Notes: generated by a model from the sequence alone, not told the origin. Shown: positions 30,421 through 42,503, counted from the first letter of the stretch. The stretch is 64,000 nucleotides of DNA from Chloroflexota bacterium (GCA_963662335.2 CAXXVD010000005.1:1-64000), one strand, 5' to 3'. Program-made: numbers and translations.

Positions 30421-32986
30421 TGCGGATCGCCTCCGCCGGCGCCAGGCGCGCGACCCGCCACGCCGGGTAGACGCCGGCCGCCAACGCCGCGACCAGCGCG
30501 ATCACTACCGCTTGGAGCAAAGAACCTGCCGTAACGATATAGGCGAAGGTCCAGCCAAACGCGCGCACGTTGATGACGTCGATGAGCAGCCTGGCCAAGA
30601 GCAAGCCAATGGGCAACGCAAAGAGACCGGCGGCCAGCCCCATCAAGCCGGTGACCAGGAACGTAAGCCGCCACAATTGCCCCGCGGTAAGGCCCAGCGC
30701 GCGCATGGTTCCGAGCGTGCGCTTCTGGTCGAGTTGCAGCGCCATCAGCGCGCTCAGGATGCCGATGAAGGCCACAATCGCCACCAGGCTGCGCAGCGCG
30801 GCTGTGATGTTAAAGGCGCGATCGAAGATGGCGAATACCTCCGTGCGCAAGGCGCGCGTGCCCTGCACGCTCAACCCCTGGTCGGCCACCAGGCGGCGGA
30901 CGTTCTCGATGACCTCTTCGCTTCTCGTCTCGTCCGATAGGAAGAGCGCGAACGACGATACCCACGGGTCGGCGTAGAGGCCCCGATAGACGGCATCCGC
31001 CATGAGCACGATACCCTGGTCGGTGCCGTAGTGGTAGAAGACGCCGATGATAGGGAAGGAGCGGGGGCCTTGGTCCGTGAGCAGCGTGAGCGTGTTAGCT
31101 TCCGGGGTTATCTGGCGGCGATAGGCGAACGACTCCGTCACGATGATGGCGCCGTCCCGCATGGCTTCCCACAGCCTGTCTTGTTCCACTGCGAGCCAGA
31201 CAAAGCGGCGCGCTGGCGTCACTTGCTGTGGGTCCGTGCTGATTGCCACCAGATTGACCGGCGGCAACTCGGGGTAGTCCGGCGCCAGCGCCGGCACGCT
31301 GCGCGCGGTAGCGACGTGCGCCACACCCGGCGCCGCTTGCAGGAGAGTCGCAAGACTTGGGTCGATGTTGGTCGTTTCCAGGAGGCCGCTCGACGGCGCG
31401 GTAATATAGACGTCGGCGGCGAGCGCGCCGTCGATCCACGCCGTGACCGTCCCCCGAAAGCTCCCGATCATCACACTCACGCCCACGATCACACTCACGG
31501 CCAACGCCAGCGCCGCTACCGCGACGCCGGTGCGGCTGAGCGAGCGGACGACGGCGCGCGGCGCAATCCTCCCAAGCGTGCCAAAGAGGAGGCCGCTTAC
31601 CGGCTGCACGGCGCGCATCAGCAGCAGGAGAGCGGCCGGTGTAAAGAGTATGCTGCCCATGAGGATGAGGAAGAGCGCGCCAAGCCCAACGAACAAGCTG
31701 CGCGTTTGCAGTTGGGTGAGGACATAGCCGGCGGCGAGAGCGGCAAGACCCGCCGCCGCCGCCACGTCCACGCGGGTGCGCGTGGCTTGCTCGGCATCGG
31801 CGCTGCGCAGCGCGCTGGCGGCGGTGACGCGCGTGGCGCTGACCGCGGGCAGCAGCGCCGCGCCCACACTGGCGGCAAGACCCGTTAGCACGCCTTTGGC
31901 TATGGTGAACGTTGAAAGCGTCAGCGCCTGCACTTCCACCCGGTAGTAGAGGTCGGTAATGGTTCTGGTGACCGCTCCCACCAGGAAACCGCCGAGAAAA
32001 TAGCCCGCTGCCACGCCCAGCGCCGTGCCCGCGACGCCGAAGACGAACGCCTCCAGCAGGATCGACGCGAAGAGCTGGCGGCGGGTTGCGCCAATCGCGC
32101 GCAACATGCCGATCTGCACCCGCCGCTGCACCACGCTAAACGACATGATGTTGTAGACCAGAAACATGCCGACCACCAAGGCGAGGAGACTGAGCGCTTG
32201 CAGATTGAGCGTAAAGCTGTCGCTGAGTTGCTGGAGGGTCTGCCGGTTGCTCTCGGCCGGCCGCACGATTACGCCGGGCGGCAGCGCTGCTTGGATGTGC
32301 GCCAGCGTCTGGGCATCGGCAAGGATCAGGTCGATGCGCGTCAATACTCCCGGAGCGCCAAGAAACTCCTGCGCGGTCGCAATGTCGGCAATCACGAGGG
32401 AAGCCAACGCCTGCCGGCTCAGGTCGTTCCAGGGACGAATTGTGCCAGCGAGGGTGACCCTTCGTCGGTTTTGCGTCGTAGCGAGTTCGAAGGTATCGCC
32501 GGGCGCAACGCCGAGCCGCGCAGCGACGGATTCTGACACCAGAACGGTATTCGGCTCGGTGAGAAGCCGGAGCAACACCTGGCTCGATACGCCGGTTACG
32601 CCGGAGACGGCGGCCTCCGCCAAATACTGGCGCATCTGGGATTCGGCAAAAGGATCTATGCCCAGCAGCGTCAGCGTAAGGCCGTTTGCGCCCGCGCGGA
32701 CCGTGCTCTGGACCACCGGCGCGGCGGTGCGAATGCCAAGTTCTACGCGCAGCGTGCGGTAGAGGGCAGTGGGCACGCCGCTGGGGCCGCCGATGATTTC
32801 ATGGGTCGCATTGCCCTGGAGACTCGCGGCGCTGAGGGCAAACGCGCGGCGGGCCGACTCGGCGGCTACGTCCACGCCCACCACGAGCGCGACACCCGCC
32901 ACAATGCTAAAGATGAAGAGCGCGCTTTGCAGTATGCGCCGTTGCAGGGCGCGGTAGGCAAGACGGCAGACAACCGCGCGTATCAT
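30413..32986 (-). CDS. FtsX/MacB-like ABC permease (AttF/G-like, duplicated)
   Basis: Two FtsX modules, e.g. SVVQRRVQIGMLRAIGA; overlaps both neighbours. Confidence 0.9.
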   Translation of the reverse strand: MIRAVVCRLAYRALQRRILQSALFIFSIVAGVALVVGVDVAAESARRAFALSAASLQGNATHEIIGGPSGVPTALYRTLRVELGIRTAAPVVQSTVRAGANGLTLTLLGIDPFAESQMRQYLAEAAVSGVTGVSSQVLLRLLTEPNTVLVSESVAARLGVAPGDTFELATTQNRRRVTLAGTIRPWNDLSRQALASLVIADIATAQEFLGAPGVLTRIDLILADAQTLAHIQAALPPGVIVRPAESNRQTLQQLSDSFTLNLQALSLLALVVGMFLVYNIMSFSVVQRRVQIGMLRAIGATRRQLFASILLEAFVFGVAGTALGVAAGYFLGGFLVGAVTRTITDLYYRVEVQALTLSTFTIAKGVLTGLAASVGAALLPAVSATRVTAASALRSADAEQATRTRVDVAAAAGLAALAAGYVLTQLQTRSLFVGLGALFLILMGSILFTPAALLLLMRAVQPVSGLLFGTLGRIAPRAVVRSLSRTGVAVAALALAVSVIVGVSVMIGSFRGTVTAWIDGALAADVYITAPSSGLLETTNIDPSLATLLQAAPGVAHVATARSVPALAPDYPELPPVNLVAISTDPQQVTPARRFVWLAVEQDRLWEAMRDGAIIVTESFAYRRQITPEANTLTLLTDQGPRSFPIIGVFYHYGTDQGIVLMADAVYRGLYADPWVSSFALFLSDETRSEEVIENVRRLVADQGLSVQGTRALRTEVFAIFDRAFNITAALRSLVAIVAFIGILSALMALQLDQKRTLGTMRALGLTAGQLWRLTFLVTGLMGLAAGLFALPIGLLLARLLIDVINVRAFGWTFAYIVTAGSLLQAVVIALVAALAAGVYPAWRVARLAPAEAIRNE

Positions 32987-33702
32987 GGGGTCGAAAGCGC
33001 GGCGGCGGAGGCCGGCTGTGCGGTAAGCGCGCCGGCGTGGAGCCGGCAGACGCGGGAGGCCTGCCGCGCGATTTCATGGTCGTGAGTGGCCATCAACAGG
33101 GTGCGCCCGGCCTCCCGCGTAAGTTCCAGGAGGAGGGCAAGCACCCGCTGGCTGTTTTCGGCGTCCAGGTTGCCGGTCGGCTCGTCGGCAAGCACCACGA
33201 GCGGTTCGTGCGCCAGGGCGCGCGCGAGCGCCACCCGCTGCTGCTCGCCGCCGCTCAGCCGATCCGGAAACGTATCATGGCGGTCGCTGAGGCCGACGCG
33301 TTCCAGGAGCGCCGCCGCGTGGTCTCGCAACGCGCTGTCCACCGTGCCTTCGAGTTCAGCCGGCAAAAGCACGTTTTCCCACACGGTGAGCGTGGGAATG
33401 AGGTTGAACAACTGAAAGACCATGCCGACGTGGCGGCGGCGAAAGCGGGTGCGGGCGCTGTCGCTGAGACGGGTAAGTTCGTTGCCGTCGATGACGATAG
33501 ACCCGCTGTCCGGCGTATCGATGCCGCCGATCAGGTTGAGCAGGGTTGTCTTGCCGCTGCCGCTGCTTCCGAGTAAGGCAACGAACTCGCCGCGGTTGAC
33601 TGCCAGGCGAACGCTGTTCAAGACGACGCGCTGCTGTCCATGCTCGAAATAGGACTTGCTAATGTCGTGGAGTTTGAGTAAGGGACTTTGATTCTCGCTC
33701 AT
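32983..33702 (-). CDS. ABC ATP-binding protein (LolD/AttE-like)
   Basis: [26 protein letters not shown]. Confidence 0.94.
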   Translation of the reverse strand: MSENQSPLLKLHDISKSYFEHGQQRVVLNSVRLAVNRGEFVALLGSSGSGKTTLLNLIGGIDTPDSGSIVIDGNELTRLSDSARTRFRRRHVGMVFQLFNLIPTLTVWENVLLPAELEGTVDSALRDHAAALLERVGLSDRHDTFPDRLSGGEQQRVALARALAHEPLVVLADEPTGNLDAENSQRVLALLLELTREAGRTLLMATHDHEIARQASRVCRLHAGALTAQPASAAALSTP

Positions 33703-33795
33703 TTCTCGTGGAATGTCTCTCAGTTAACAGGATTGGAGATTGACCGCGGCAGCGCAATCGTGAACTGACACCCACCATTGGATTCTATCGAGGCC

Positions 33796-34416
33796 CTACC
33801 TGTCCCGAGAACGCATGTTTGCCAGTCGTTTGAATGCCGTTGGCGCCGGGCCTTCTTCCAGGCGCCGCCGGATGGCGTCGGCGCACTCCTGCGGGATGAG
33901 TTGCCCAGTATCGACCTCGATGTCGTAGATGCCGGGGACGTGCACCTCGCGCTGCCAGCGTTGTATGTGCTCATCCAATCCGCGATTGGGGCCCCAGGTC
34001 TTCTCTCGCCGCGCGACGATAGCGTCCAGAGGGCAGCGCACTCCTACGAATAGCACGGGCAAGCCGCGCAAAAGCCGCGCGCTATGGCAAAGTATGCCGC
34101 GCGGCGCCGAGTACGCATCGTGATGGCCGACGTCCACGACGACGTTCACGCCCAAGCGGCTGTGGGCGGCAATCGACTCGTACATTGCCGCGTACAGCAC
34201 GGGCACGATCGGTTCGATTGTCTCAGACAACTCTCCGCCCGGACGCAGACCGATCCCCGGACTGTAACGTTGTGACGTCAGTCGCTTGAAACCGTCTACA
34301 CCCAAATTGATCCAAACACCGGCGAACGTGTCAAGAATCACCGCGGCAATGCTCGACTTACCCGACCGCGGCGGGCCGTTCAGGATGACGATCTGCCCCG
34401 GTTCGCAATCGTTCAC
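33796..34416 (-). CDS. Chloramphenicol phosphotransferase (CPT)-like P-loop kinase
   Basis: IVILNGPPRSGKSS, VVVDV, LFVGVRCP, RRE, YDIEVDT. Confidence 0.85.
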   Translation of the reverse strand: MNDCEPGQIVILNGPPRSGKSSIAAVILDTFAGVWINLGVDGFKRLTSQRYSPGIGLRPGGELSETIEPIVPVLYAAMYESIAAHSRLGVNVVVDVGHHDAYSAPRGILCHSARLLRGLPVLFVGVRCPLDAIVARREKTWGPNRGLDEHIQRWQREVHVPGIYDIEVDTGQLIPQECADAIRRRLEEGPAPTAFKRLANMRSRDR

Positions 34417-34528
34417 GCCGTTCTCCGCAGTGACACAGCTAGCCGGACCAAGCCAAGCATGGATTGGTGCGCATGCCGGTCAATCGAGGGGCCGGACGGC
34501 GTCAGTCGGGCACGATGGTACGCAAACA

Positions 34529-34603
34529 TGGTACCCCCAGGGCGACTCGAACGCCCGCACCTGGCTCCGGAGGCCAGTGCTCTATCCACTGAGCTATGGG
34601 GGC
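34529..34603 (-). tRNA. tRNA-Arg (CCG)
   Basis: GCCCCCATAGCTCAGTGGATAGAGCACTGGCCT-CCG-GAGCCAGGTGCGGGCGTTCGAGTCGCCCTGGGGGTACCA: cloverleaf with encoded CCA; upstream TTGTCG-16-TATCAT promoter. Confidence 0.97.
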
Positions 34604-34698
34604 TTGTCATCTTCTATGATACCAGACCGGCGCACAGCGACAACGTGCGAGTCGAATTGGCGGCGTGCGCACTTGTAGCATCACAGTGCCGCGCCGGT

Positions 34699-34977
34699 TG
34701 TCATTCCGAGCGCAGCGAGGAATCTCGTGCGTCGAGGATTCCACCCAAAGGAAGAGTCCTCGAATGCCCGTGCCCTAGATTCTTCGTCGCTGTGCTCCTC
34801 AGAATGACAGCAAAGGAGGACTGAGTTGCCTAGCAGCGCCCCATTTGCTGTCATTCCGAGCGCAGCGAGGAATCTAGTGCCGGGAGGCATCTGGCCCGGC
34901 CAAGAATCCAGCGAAACGAGGGTTCCGCGATGGCGCGCGCCCTAGATTCTTCGTCGCTGCGCTCCTCAGAATGACAG
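34699..34977. repeat. REP-like family 3 (TGTCATTCCGAGCGCAGCGAGGAATCT): two REPIN-like inverted doublets
   Basis: Left arms at 34699 and 34849; right arms CTAGATTCTTCGTCGCTGYGCTCCTCAGAATGACAG at 34775-34810 and 34942-34977. Confidence 0.9.
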
Positions 34978-35006
34978 GGTGAGGGAAACGCATGTCATGA
35001 ATACGA

Positions 35007-35120
35007 CATGCCTTGTAGGGGAATTGTCAGGCCTAGAAGAGTGCAAAACAGGTCTGGGCGCCTGGGTGGCAGGACTAATTGGCCGCGCGGCAGGTCCGGG
35101 TATCCGCGTGGCAGGCCTAG
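35007..35120. repeat. Six-unit phased array with exact 21-bp period (CAGGNCYRR-like)
   Basis: catgccttg 35007, caggcctag 35028, caggtctgg 35049, caggactaa 35070, caggtccgg 35091, caggcctag 35112. Confidence 0.7.
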
Positions 35121-36592
35121 GGAGAGAGCGCCAGCTTGCCGGCCTCTTCAAAGGCGGCTTGCGCCCATTCCACGGCCCCGGCGGGATAGACGCCGAGCAC
35201 GAGCGTGCCGATGACGCCAACCGCAACCACCGCGCCGATGGCCGTGGACGCGGGAACCGGCAGCAAGCGCGGCCGGCCCTCGACCATGTACATGTTCACG
35301 ACGACGCGCAGGTAGTAATAGGCCGAGACCGTGCTGGTTAGCACCAGGACCACCGCCACCCAGGTGAGTCCGCCGTTCACGGCCACTTGCAATAGGTAGA
35401 GTTTGCCGAAAAAGCCGGCGGCGGGCGGAATGCCGGTGAGCGAAATCATGAAGATGACCATGGCGGCGGCCAAGAGGGGCGAGGTGCGGCCCAGGTCTTG
35501 AAAGTCTTCCATCTCCGTGCCGCCGGTGCGCCGTTCCACCGCGAAGGTCACGGCGAACGCGCCGAGCGTCATCAAGGCGTACACCACCGCGTAGAACATC
35601 ACCGCCGCCACCGCGTCGCGCATGAGGCCGCCGTCCGCGGCTTGCGCGTGCACCACCGCCACGCCAACCAGCATGTAGCCCGTATGCGCGATTGAAGAAT
35701 ACGCCAGCAGGCGCTTCACGTCTCGCTGCCAGATGGCAACGAAGTTGCCGACGATCATGCTGGCCACGGCAATGGCGACCACCACCGGGACCACCATGTC
35801 TTGCCAGGGTTCAAGCCCGTGCACGACCACCCGCAAGAGGCCCGCCATCGCGCCCATCTTGGCGCCGGCTGCCAGAAACGCGGTTGAGGGTGTGGGCGCG
35901 CCTTGGTAGGCGTCGGGCGTCCACATGTGGAACGGCACCGCGGCCACTTTGAACGCCAGACCGACCAGCAGTAGCCCGAGACCTAGCAGGAACCAGGGGT
36001 CGGTCGCCCCTTGGCTCTGCACGTACAACGCCATGTTCTGCAGGTTCGTGGTGCCGGTCAAGCCGAAGAGCCAGGCGATGCCGTAGAGCAGCACGCCGGA
36101 GGCAAACGCGCCGAGCAGGAAGTACTTGAGCGCGCCTTCCGTAGCGCGAAAGCGGTCGCGCTTGATCGCCACGAGCACGTAGACGGGAATCGACGTGAGT
36201 TCAACGCCGAGGTAGAGCGTTATCAGATCGCCGGTCGCGCCGAGCAGCAACATGCCGACCGTGGCAAACAAGATGAGCGCCGCGAGTTCGGCGAACGGAA
36301 TCTCCTTGCCCTGCGCGAAGGCGAGCACAATGCTCAAAGCGGCTATGGCGATGAAGAGCACCTTGAAGAAGACCGCGTAGCCGTCCGTCAGCAACACCCC
36401 GCTGAATGCGGTCGCGCCGTCCGCCCGCGCCACGACGCTGACGACGATGGCGGCCACACTGCCGACCACCACCAGCGCCAGCAGGCCGGGATGCGTGCGC
36501 CGGCCGCCAAAGGCGTCGACCAACAGCACGCACGCCGCCACCAGCGTGATGATGATTTCCGGCAATATGCTGATGAGGTCTGCCGTTTCCAC
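35117..36592 (-). CDS. nuoN: NADH-quinone oxidoreductase subunit N
   Basis: EGALKYFLLG, FKVAAVPFHMWTPDAYQGAP, KRLLAYSSIAH, GFFGK, YYYLR. Confidence 0.96.
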   Translation of the reverse strand: METADLISILPEIIITLVAACVLLVDAFGGRRTHPGLLALVVVGSVAAIVVSVVARADGATAFSGVLLTDGYAVFFKVLFIAIAALSIVLAFAQGKEIPFAELAALILFATVGMLLLGATGDLITLYLGVELTSIPVYVLVAIKRDRFRATEGALKYFLLGAFASGVLLYGIAWLFGLTGTTNLQNMALYVQSQGATDPWFLLGLGLLLVGLAFKVAAVPFHMWTPDAYQGAPTPSTAFLAAGAKMGAMAGLLRVVVHGLEPWQDMVVPVVVAIAVASMIVGNFVAIWQRDVKRLLAYSSIAHTGYMLVGVAVVHAQAADGGLMRDAVAAVMFYAVVYALMTLGAFAVTFAVERRTGGTEMEDFQDLGRTSPLLAAAMVIFMISLTGIPPAAGFFGKLYLLQVAVNGGLTWVAVVLVLTSTVSAYYYLRVVVNMYMVEGRPRLLPVPASTAIGAVVAVGVIGTLVLGVYPAGAVEWAQAAFEEAGKLALSP

Positions 36593-36606
36593 GCGCTATG
36601 CCTTCA

Positions 36607-38109
36607 CTACTCCGCCAACAAGGCCGCCGTCTCGGACTCCGTTATCGCTTGCACGATACCGCTCGTGTCGGCCGTAAAGAGTTCGATGAATGTCTGCGGT
36701 TCCACGCCCGCCCATACGACCACGAGAGCCAGCGCCGCCAGCACCGCCGTTTCTAGTCTCGTAAGGTCCTGCAGGCGGCGATGGGCATCACTCAGTGTAC
36801 CCAGCATCACCCGCCAGTACATCCAGAGCATGTACGCGGCGGAGAGGATGATGCCCAGGACCGCCAGCACGCCAAAGATGCGCGTGCCGGCCATGAACGC
36901 GCCGAGCAGCACCATGAACTCGCCTACAAAACCCGACAAACCCGGCAACCCAATCGACGCCAGGGAGAAGAAGAGAAAGAGCGCGGCGAACACCGGCCAC
37001 CGGTGCGCCAGCCCGCCCAAATTGGCGATCAGCCGGTCGTGGGTGCGCTCGTAGAGTTGGCCCACGCAGAGGAAGAGCGCGCCGGTTACCAGGCCGTGGC
37101 TGAACATCTGCATAATCGCCCCGTCAAGTCCCTGCTGCGTGAACGAGAAAATGCCCAGGGTCACGAATCCCATGTGGCTGACCGAGGAATAGGCGATAAG
37201 CTTCTTCAGGTCCGTCTGCATCAGGGCGACCAACGCGCCGTAGAGAATGGCAATCACAGAAAGCACAAGGATGGCGGTCTGCGCCACGTGGCTGGCGTCG
37301 GGCAAGAGCGGCAAACTAAAGCGGATGAAGCCGTAGCCGCCCATCTTCAGCAGGATGCCGGCCAGAATCACGCTGCCGGTTGTCGGCGCTTCCACGTGGG
37401 CGTCCGGCAGCCACGTGTGAAACGGCACCATGGGCACCTTGATCGCGAACGCCAGGAAGAAGGCGAGAAAGGCCCAGAGTTGGAAGCGCTCGCCGTAGGT
37501 ACCCTGGGTCAATTCGAGAATGTCGAACGTGTAGACCCCTGTGGTATTGCCGTGCACGAAATAGAGCGCCAGGATGGCCACCAGCATGAGCAGGCTGCCG
37601 AACAACGTGTAGAGCACGAACTTGATCGTGGCGTAGACCCGGCGCTCGCCGCCCCAGACGCCAATCAGCACGTACATGGGAATGAGCATGATCTCCCAGA
37701 AGACGTAGAAGAGCACGAAGTCCAGCGCCAGGAAGACGCCGGTAATGCCCACTTCCAGCAGGAGCATGGTGAAAAGGTACTCTTTCACCCGCTCGTGCAC
37801 GGACGCCCAGGCATAGACGATGCAGAGGAAGAAGAGGAACGTATTGAGCAGCACCATCAGCAGGCTGATGCCGTCCACACCGAGGGCGTACTGAATGCCG
37901 AGGGCCGGCAGCCAGTCGAACCGCTCCTGGAACTGCATGCCCGCGCCGGGTGCGAAGCCGGCCCACACCGCCACGCTCAGGGCGAGCGACAGCAGCGTTC
38001 CCGCAATCGCCACCGCGAACATGGCGCGGCGCTCGCGCAGGAAAAGCACGATTACGGCTGCGAGGAGCGGCAGCCAGAGCACGAGAGAGAGAATGGGGAA
38101 TGACTCCAC
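36607..38109 (-). CDS. nuoM: NADH-quinone oxidoreductase subunit M
   Basis: GVDGIS, FYVFWE, KVPMVPFHTWLPDAHVEAPT, LLKMGGYG, GFVGEF. Confidence 0.96.
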   Translation of the reverse strand: MESFPILSLVLWLPLLAAVIVLFLRERRAMFAVAIAGTLLSLALSVAVWAGFAPGAGMQFQERFDWLPALGIQYALGVDGISLLMVLLNTFLFFLCIVYAWASVHERVKEYLFTMLLLEVGITGVFLALDFVLFYVFWEIMLIPMYVLIGVWGGERRVYATIKFVLYTLFGSLLMLVAILALYFVHGNTTGVYTFDILELTQGTYGERFQLWAFLAFFLAFAIKVPMVPFHTWLPDAHVEAPTTGSVILAGILLKMGGYGFIRFSLPLLPDASHVAQTAILVLSVIAILYGALVALMQTDLKKLIAYSSVSHMGFVTLGIFSFTQQGLDGAIMQMFSHGLVTGALFLCVGQLYERTHDRLIANLGGLAHRWPVFAALFLFFSLASIGLPGLSGFVGEFMVLLGAFMAGTRIFGVLAVLGIILSAAYMLWMYWRVMLGTLSDAHRRLQDLTRLETAVLAALALVVVWAGVEPQTFIELFTADTSGIVQAITESETAALLAE

Positions 38110-38119
38110 TACGTCAGCC

Positions 38120-40027
<1,908 letters not shown>

Positions 40028-40041
40028 GCGCTTTGCGGCCC

Positions 40042-40350
40042 TTAGCCCTTGAGCGTATTGATTTCATCGACGTTGAGCGAATCCCGGTGGCGCGAAAGCG
40101 CCACGATGATGGCAAGTCCCACCGCCGCTTCCGCCGCCGCGACCGTCAGCGAGAAGATGACGAAGGCTTGCCCCAGCATGTTGTCCAGGGCCACCGCAAA
40201 GCCGACGAACGTGACGTTTGCCCCGAGCAAGATCAGTTCGATTGACATAAAGACGATAAGCAAGTTGCGCCGCACCAGCACACCGAGCAGTCCGATGATG
40301 AAGAGCGCCGCGCCCAGCACCAAGTAGTACTCCAAGGCCGGGATGATCAT
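40042..40350 (-). CDS. nuoK: NADH-quinone oxidoreductase subunit K
   Basis: RRNLLIVFMSIEL, VAAAEAAVGLA. Confidence 0.96.
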   Translation of the reverse strand: MIIPALEYYLVLGAALFIIGLLGVLVRRNLLIVFMSIELILLGANVTFVGFAVALDNMLGQAFVIFSLTVAAAEAAVGLAIIVALSRHRDSLNVDEINTLKG

Positions 40351-40991
40351 TGCTGCGGCCCTTCCCCTTGGCCCGGATTGGCCGGCTCACGCGCGCGCCG
40401 CTCCGCCTTGGCGTACCGTTCCGCCATCCACTCGCCGACGCCCATCTCCGAGGACGAACGCGGCCGCCGCGGCCGTTGCCGCGCCAAGACGATTGCGCCT
40501 ACGACAGCGGCCGTGAGCAGCACTGAGGCAACTTCAAACGGCAGCAAGTAGTCGCGGAACAATACCTGCCCCAACGCCTGCACGTTGCCCCCTTGTCCGG
40601 CAACCCACGCGGGGCTGTGCGGCCCTTGCGCGCCGACCGTGATGGCAGCCCCTGTCAAGACGATGAATTCAACGAAGAGCAGAGCGCCAATCACGACCGC
40701 AAAGGGCGCTTGCATGTGAAACTGCCGCGCGCGTTCCACCACGTTGAGGTTCAGCAGCATCATCGTGAAGAGGAAGAGCACGATAATCGCGCCGGCGTAG
40801 ATGATGATGTGCGCCGCCGCGAGAAACTCGGCGCGCAGCAGGATGAAGATGCCGGCCAGGTGGAAGACAACGCCCACCAGCGCCAGCGCGCACTGCACCG
40901 GATTGCGCAGCAGCACGACGAGCACGGCAAAGACGACGCACGCCAGCGCGAGATAGGCAAAGATCAGCGTAAGCAGGGTCTCGCTATTCAA
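40347..40991 (-). CDS. nuoJ: NADH-quinone oxidoreductase subunit J
   Basis: NPV, AEFLAA, YAGAIIVLFLF, YLLPFEVAS. Confidence 0.95.
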   Translation of the reverse strand: MNSETLLTLIFAYLALACVVFAVLVVLLRNPVQCALALVGVVFHLAGIFILLRAEFLAAAHIIIYAGAIIVLFLFTMMLLNLNVVERARQFHMQAPFAVVIGALLFVEFIVLTGAAITVGAQGPHSPAWVAGQGGNVQALGQVLFRDYLLPFEVASVLLTAAVVGAIVLARQRPRRPRSSSEMGVGEWMAERYAKAERRAREPANPGQGEGPQQ

Positions 40992-41442
40992 GCGTCGCGG
41001 CCTCCTTGCCCTGTTTGTCCACCAGGTCCATCAGCCGGTCGACGTCGTAGATGAGCGTGCTGCGGTCATCGGTTGCAAAGTCATACGCGTTCGTCATCTC
41101 CAGCGCTTCCACCGGACAGGCCTCCACACAGAGCGAGCAGAAGAGGCAGCGGCCCACGTCGAGCGTATATGAGGTCACGACCTTATCCGTCGGCTGCGCG
41201 GGATTCGATTCCGTCGTGATCGTAATGCACTCATTCGGGCAGGCGGTCTCGCAGAGGCCGCAGCCCACGCACTTGGGCCGGCCGTCCGGCCGGCGCCTCA
41301 TGCCGACCGCGCCGCGGTAGATTGCGGAGAGCGGCCGCTTCTCCTCGGGATAGCGAATGGTCACCGGCCGGCGAAAGAACTCGCGCAAGGTGACGCTAAG
41401 CCCCCTGGCGATCGGTACCAGCGACCCGAACCGAAAACTCAC
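40984..41442 (-). CDS. nuoI: NADH-quinone oxidoreductase subunit I
   Basis: TIRYPEE; two CxxCxxCxxxCP motifs. Confidence 0.95.
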   Translation of the reverse strand: MSFRFGSLVPIARGLSVTLREFFRRPVTIRYPEEKRPLSAIYRGAVGMRRRPDGRPKCVGCGLCETACPNECITITTESNPAQPTDKVVTSYTLDVGRCLFCSLCVEACPVEALEMTNAYDFATDDRSTLIYDVDRLMDLVDKQGKEAATLE

Positions 41443-41467
41443 GACGCCTCCTTTCCCGCTTGTTTCC

Positions 41468-42487
41468 CTAAGCGTAGACAGTCAACTTGAGTACGGTTGC
41501 TACGGCAAGATTCAGCAGACCCAGTGGCAGGAGCACTTTCCAGCAGAAGTTCATCATTTGGTCGTACCGGAAGCGCGGCAGTGTCGCGCGCAGCCAGAAG
41601 TAGAAGAAGAGGAATAGGAACACTTTGCCTACCATGAAGACTAGCGCCAGCAACGCCGCCGGCAGATGGCCGATGTACGGCTCCAGGAATTGCGCCGGCC
41701 AGCCGCCGCCCAGAAAGACCGCGGCCACTAGGAACGACGCCAAGACCATGTTCGCGTATTCGGACAAGAAGAAGAACGAGAAGCGCCAGCCGGAATACTC
41801 CACGTGATAGCCGGAAACTAGCTCGGTTTCCGCTTCCGGCAGGTCGAACGGCGCGCGGTTGGTCTCCGCCAGCGCCGCGCAGACGAAGACGAACGCGCCG
41901 ATTATCAAGGGTATGGCATAGGGCACCTGCTGCTGCCGCACGATTTCCGGCAACGACAGTGAACCCGCCAGCACCACCACGCCCACGAGCGCCAGGCCGA
42001 GCATGATCTCGTAGCTAATCATCTGCGCGCTCGACCGCAGGCTGCCCAGCAAGGCGTACTTGCTATTGGAGGCCCAGCCGGCCATCACGATGCCGTAGAC
42101 CGCAACGGACGTGAGCGCCACGATGTAGAGCACGCCCACGTTCAAGTCGGTGGGATAGAGGCCGATGGTGCGGCCGAAGATTTCCACTTCCGTGCCCAGC
42201 GGCACCACCGACCACGCCATGAACGACGGCACCAGCAGCAAGAACGGCGCGAGCACGAAGAGCACCCGGTCCGCGCCGTCGGGCCGCATGTCTTCCTTGC
42301 CCATGAGCTTGATGGCGTCGGCAAGGGTCTGGAATAGCCCAAAGGGACCGACGCGGTTGGGGCCGACGCGAGACTGGATGCGGCCCAGGACCCGGCGCTC
42401 GGCCCAAATCAGGGGCGGCACGATCATAAGCGGAATCGCAAACGCGATACCGGACTTGATGATTACGGTGATGACGAGTTCTGTCAT
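41468..42487 (-). CDS. nuoH: NADH-quinone oxidoreductase subunit H
   Basis: ERRVLGRIQSRVGPNRVGPFG, ETNRAPFDLPEAETELVSG, PRFRYDQ; start set at MTELV. Confidence 0.96.
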   Translation of the reverse strand: MTELVITVIIKSGIAFAIPLMIVPPLIWAERRVLGRIQSRVGPNRVGPFGLFQTLADAIKLMGKEDMRPDGADRVLFVLAPFLLLVPSFMAWSVVPLGTEVEIFGRTIGLYPTDLNVGVLYIVALTSVAVYGIVMAGWASNSKYALLGSLRSSAQMISYEIMLGLALVGVVVLAGSLSLPEIVRQQQVPYAIPLIIGAFVFVCAALAETNRAPFDLPEAETELVSGYHVEYSGWRFSFFFLSEYANMVLASFLVAAVFLGGGWPAQFLEPYIGHLPAALLALVFMVGKVFLFLFFYFWLRATLPRFRYDQMMNFCWKVLLPLGLLNLAVATVLKLTVYA

Positions 42488-42503
42488 GGGATTTTTGCCT
42501 GGT

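Noticed and set aside
34966-35119. Programmed stop-codon readthrough (Pyl/Sec) extension of NuoN
   Set aside because: It would need three TAG and one TGA readthroughs; no pyl/sel genes are in the window; the 21-bp repeat explains the pattern more simply.
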